Shown here piece after piece: positions 59,617-64,000 of a DNA stretch of 64,000 nt. Both the position numbers and the translations under genes were made by a program. The stretch is from Elsinoe ampelina (lineage: Eukaryota), in contig ML992501.1 in assembly GCA_010093995.1 (NCBI GenBank), positions 892,945 through 956,944 on the forward strand, read 5' to 3'. The first letter of the stretch is position 1. Each line of letters starts with the position of its first letter. The notes under the pieces were generated by a model. That model made no database searches and was not told the origin of the DNA. It was given only the letters and a program-made list of their open reading frames with translations.

Positions 59617-61580
59617 ATGATCATATGGCTGCTACATATAATAGCTGTCGCGATTGCAATACAATGGGTTGATGCTGCAGAATATCGAGAGAGCCTCGTT
59701 CTCCATCCCCTCCCACAATCCGCCCTCCTGGCTGCGTTCAATTTCCAGAGCAATACTTCGATATCGGAATTCGAGCAGCAGAACTACAACCTCTTTCCTC
59801 GGTCTCTCGGACAAATACTACTGCACGCGCATGCGGAGGAATTGCATCTAAGGTTTGCGTTGGGAAGATGGGATGGTGAGAGCTGGGGCGCAAGACCTCG
59901 AGGGGGGAGGAGAGAAGGCGGAACAGGGGTGGAACTATGGGCATGGGTACAAGCAGACTCGGAGGAGGAGTATGTCTTGCCAGCAAAATCAGCGGCACGA
60001 GACTAATTGAGTACAGAGCAAGTGCTAGATGGTTCACTCTGACCAATGCACTTTCTGGACTGTTTTGCGCCTCGATCAATTTCGTTGACCAGACCAAGAC
60101 CATTCGACCCGTTTCTTCATTCGAACGCGAAGGTAACAGGCCAGCAAAGAACCTACATCTTCTCCACGGTGCTCTGCCGCATGAGGTGGTCTGCACAGAA
60201 AATCTCACTCCTTTTCTCAAGTTGCTTCCTTGTAAGGGTAAAGCTGGTGTCTCGAGTCTGTTGGATGGACACAAACTCTTTGATGCCTCGTGGCAGACAA
60301 TGGCCGTGGATGTACGCAGTAATTGTCCGGAAACAGGAGAATGTCAGATCGAGATTGAGCAGACGGTGGACATGGTTCTCGATATTGAACGGTCGATGCG
60401 TCCTGCCAAAGATCCGATCCCTCGTCCAGCTCCAATCGAGAGCATTTCCTGCAATACTACCAAGCCGTACAATGGCGAAGATACATGCTTCCCGGAAGAC
60501 CTGGTCGAAGAGCGCGCATGGTCTTTGAAGGAAATCTTCGGCCGTCCGATTCGAGGCTCTTGTCCCCTCAACTCTCCTTCTAAGCTCTACCCAGGAGATG
60601 TCGAGCTCATTGTCCCTTCCAACCGCAAGATTTCCACCGACGTCTTCGGCCGCGACCTTGCCGCCAAAGTCAGCACGCAGACCTCCCGCATCTATCAATT
60701 ACCCGAGTCCGCCGACTTCGACCTGAAGGTCTCCTCCCACCCCATCGGTCAAGATCTTTTCCTCAGCCCTCCCCAACTCACAGCCTCCCGTACTTTTACC
60801 GGCTACGGACAAGAACACGGCGGCGTCCACACCGTCCTGACCAACCTCAGCCCCGAGCCTCTAGACATAGTCTACCTCGAATCCCTCCCGTGGTTCATGA
60901 AACTCTACCTCCACACCCTCTCCACCACAATCGTACCCACCACCCCCTCCTCGCCGATACAGAACATCCTGTACCGCCCCGCCCTCGACCGCCAACGCGG
61001 CACCCACCTCGAACTCACCCTACGCATCCCCGCCTCCTCCACCCTGACACTGACCTACTACTTCGAAAAAGCCATCCTGCGGTACACCGAGTACCCACCG
61101 GACGCAAACCGCGGTTTCGACGTCGCGCCCGCCGTGGTCCGAATCTTACCCACCCACTCATCCGCCTCGGGTTCTAAGGAGGAAGAGTCCACATACCTCC
61201 GCACCACGAGCTTACTCCTCCCCCTCCCGACGCCCGACTTCTCGATGCCGTATAATGTCATCATCCTCACTTCGACGGTGATTGCGATGGGGTTCGGGAG
61301 TATCTTCAATTTGATCACGAGGCGATTCGTAGCTGCCGAAGAGGCGGAAGCGGTGGGGCTTGGTGGGATGAAGGAGCGGGTCAGGGAGAAGGTCATGGCG
61401 ATCGTGGGGAAGCTGGGGAAGTTGGGAGGGAAGAAAGGGGATACGTCACAGGGTGATGGGGTAGGTGGAGGGAAGGCAGACGGAGGGTTGACGAATGGCG
61501 CGGCTGGGGAAGAGGAGACGGCTAATGGGCTAGGTACGGGGCGAGAGGTCAAGGGCAATGGGTCTGTGAGGAGCAGATAG
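59617..61580 (+). CDS. GPI16: GPI transamidase subunit Gpi16/PIG-T, 1 intron 59970-60016
   Basis: Signal peptide, FPRSLGQIL, ELHLRFALGRW, GGTGVELWAW, LSGLFCASINF, EVVCTENLTPFLKLLPCKGKAG, EYPPDANRGFD and LPTPDFSMPYNVII before the TM. Confidence 0.96.
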
Positions 61581-62135
61581 TGAGGGTAGCATAGGAAAGG
61601 GAATATGAATACTCGATGCCATGCTCACTTGAACCTTTCTACGTCTTGTAGATGGAGCCAATGAAGCTTGAGATATTGATGCTATTCAGCATCATTCTCC
61701 GTATGCACCGATCGATTCGACGAAGGAGAGGCAGCTCATAACAATCGTGACTTTCCAGGCGGAAGCAGTGTCCGACGTGGTGTAGCTTACTTCCACACCG
61801 TTACAACCATTATCACATATATCACGCCAGGAATCAAAAAGTAAAGCACGGTGATGAATCATGCCATTATTCTCCTGCTACAAGCAGACCGAACGCCGGA
61901 CCTCTACCCTTATGAACCTAGGTCATCGCCATGCAGGGTACTCCTTTTGCTTGCTCGAATTGAAATCGAAGGGAGAAATCCCAGGAAAAACGCCGACGAG
62001 CTCGCCGCTCGCGAATGCCACCCCATGCCATGCCGTTCTGTTAATGGTCCTCTATGCCTCGCTCTTGCTCTTGAGTGGTCTTCCGTAAACGCCATGCATT
62101 AACCATTTCCTTGTGCTCTTGCTTTCTCATGGTGT

Positions 62136-63301
62136 TTACCACAAGGTGTATCCACCGTCGATGAGGCAGTTGTTGCCAGTCATGTAGCTGCTGGCGGGAG
62201 AGCTGAGGTAGACGGCAAGGCAGTTGAGATCGTCGACGGCGCCCAACCTCTTCTGAGGGGTGTTGTCGACCCAGATACGCTTCTGAGCCTCGAGAGCGGG
62301 AACGCGGTTGAGAGCAGTGTCCATGTAGCCGGGGGAGATGGCGTTGACCCTGATCTTGTGGCGGGCCCACTCAGCAGCGAGCGACTTGGTCATCTGGACA
62401 ACGGCGGCCTTGGAGGCGTTGTAGCAGGACTGCTCCTGGGGGTAGTTGACGATGCTGCCGGACATGGAGGCAATGAAGATGATGGATCCGCCGTTCTTGG
62501 TCGCAATCATGTGACGGCCGACAGACTGGGCGACAAGGAAGGAGCCAGTGATGTTTATGTCGAGGAGACGACGGAACTTCTCGGGGTCGTAGTTCTCAGC
62601 CTTGATGTTTGAGCTGCATTGGTCAGTACGCGGATGGATTGTGAATTTGTGCGAAGACGTACTCTGCGATGCCCGCGGCAGAAATAAGAACATTGATCTC
62701 TCCGTAGTGAGCCACAGCATCCTGCACAGCCTGCTCAATGGCGTGGCCGTCGCGAACATCGACCTTGTAGAATCGGACATCGACACCAGTCTGCTGGGAT
62801 AGAAGCTGGGCAGATTTCTCACCAAGCTCCTGTTGCACATCCATAATGGCAATTCCCTTGATGCCGACCTCAGCGAGCGCCTGGGCCATGTTGTACCCAA
62901 GGCCGCGACCACCGCTGCGAATTGTGAGCATGGAAGAGACGAAGTGAGAATTTACAAACTCACCCAGTGACAACAGCAACCTTGCCGTGAAGTGTGAACT
63001 TGCTCATGGTCGGCGTGAGCTGCTTGGTGACCTCAGGATCCAGTGGGGAGGCGACCGTTTCCTCGTCCAGTCCAGCAGGATTGACGGGCTTGCTGTCCTC
63101 GGAGACCTGAAGAACCTCGTGTGCGGCGACTCCTCCTTCCCAGTGGGTGACGGGGACCTGGCGCTCCTGGATGACTTCTGGCGGGACCTGACGGCGGGCA
63201 GTGGTCGCGAGAGTCGCGCGGAAAGTCCTTGAGATGGGCGTGCGAACGGCAAAGGCATTGCGGGCGGCGGCACCACGGAGGGCAACACGAGCGAATGACA
63301 T
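62136..63301 (-). CDS. Short-chain dehydrogenase/reductase, D-arabinitol 2-dehydrogenase/sorbose reductase-like, with mitochondrial-type presequence; 2 introns
   Basis: MSFARVALRGAAARNAF presequence, GKVAVVTG/GGRGLG, SAGI, IASMSGSIVNYPQEQSCYNASKAAV (YxxxK), VNAISPGYMDT and YMTG..IDGGY. Confidence 0.9.
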
Positions 63302-64000
63302 GATCACAGCGTACCTTTTATGTTTTGGTGTGTAATTTGAGCCGATGCGACGAGGATAAGGGTCGCTCTCTTGAGCTTGGAAGTGGTGGAATGGATGAGG
63401 TGGTGAAGGATGGACGTGTCGAAAGTGAGAAAGAGGAAAGTGAGCTCAGAGGTGGGAAAAGATTTGTTGATATGATGTAGAAAATTGTGGTGGTCGAGCT
63501 GTCCTAGCTTTTGGGGGGAAAGGGGAGGGTCAACGGCGGAAGTGGCGGGGCATGTGATGGACTTTTTCTTCAACGGAGAAAGGCAACAACGGCGAACAAA
63601 TTTTAATTGCAGAATCTGGAGAAGGAGCTTACAGGCAGGTGTGTGCATTGGACCTGACTAGACCTTGCGATATCGCCTAGCCATGTCCGTAGCCTCACGA
63701 AAGTGTGTGCGCTGTTTGTTGTGTCTTATCAAGCGGTTCGGTGAGCACACTACACCGTATCGCCATAGCTCCTTACCAATGACGTGTGGTCCCCTGTCTA
63801 TCATTCTTACGATGCTCCATATAATACCCACCACCAACACTCAACCAGAAACAGAGATTTCCAGCATTCGACCCTCCCAGGCCGTGGGTTCGCCTGCTGA
63901 CGTTTGGACCAGTGAGATGACGAACTGAAACCACGCTCAATAGTCCAGGAGGCGCAACGGACGTGGGGAGTGACGGCCAAACGACCATCCGACAGTACCA

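Noticed and set aside
1..64000. Transposons, RIP-degraded AT-rich blocks, tRNA/rRNA, CRISPR arrays, TPP riboswitch
   Set aside because: By eye I saw no transposase/RT motifs, long terminal repeats, AT-rich tracts, cloverleafs or aptamer core. A covariance-model search was not possible.

Overview
Gene-dense, intron-containing eukaryotic DNA from a filamentous ascomycete. Short GT-AG introns with CTRAY branch sites and the gene set suggest a Dothideomycete (inference). About 26 protein-coding genes can be supported. Housekeeping genes: YSC84/LSB-like SH3 protein, SFT1 SNARE, ArfGAP, acyl-CoA dehydrogenase, INCENP, MSS116-like helicase, KAP123, NPC1/NCR1, a DUF2433-type metallophosphoesterase-like protein, LUC7, GPI16 and a D-arabinitol-dehydrogenase-like SDR. 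Accessory-looking genes: two tandem Gfd2/QIP-like DEDDh exonucleases (one with a PHD-like finger), a membrane-anchored lectin-like protein, a VOC/glyoxalase, two cytochrome P450s, an ABCG half-transporter, a Moco-sulfurase-like protein without a MOSC domain, a secreted multi-module Cys/Thr-rich protein (exons reconstructed here) and several orphans. No rRNA, tRNA, CRISPR array or recognisable transposon was found. The most striking unexplained signal is a recurrent, abrupt switch from a C-rich to a G-rich tract, mostly near convergent gene 3' ends. It overrides synonymous codon choice and also occurs outside coding sequence. Exon boundaries were read by eye and family calls rest on motif recognition, not database searches.
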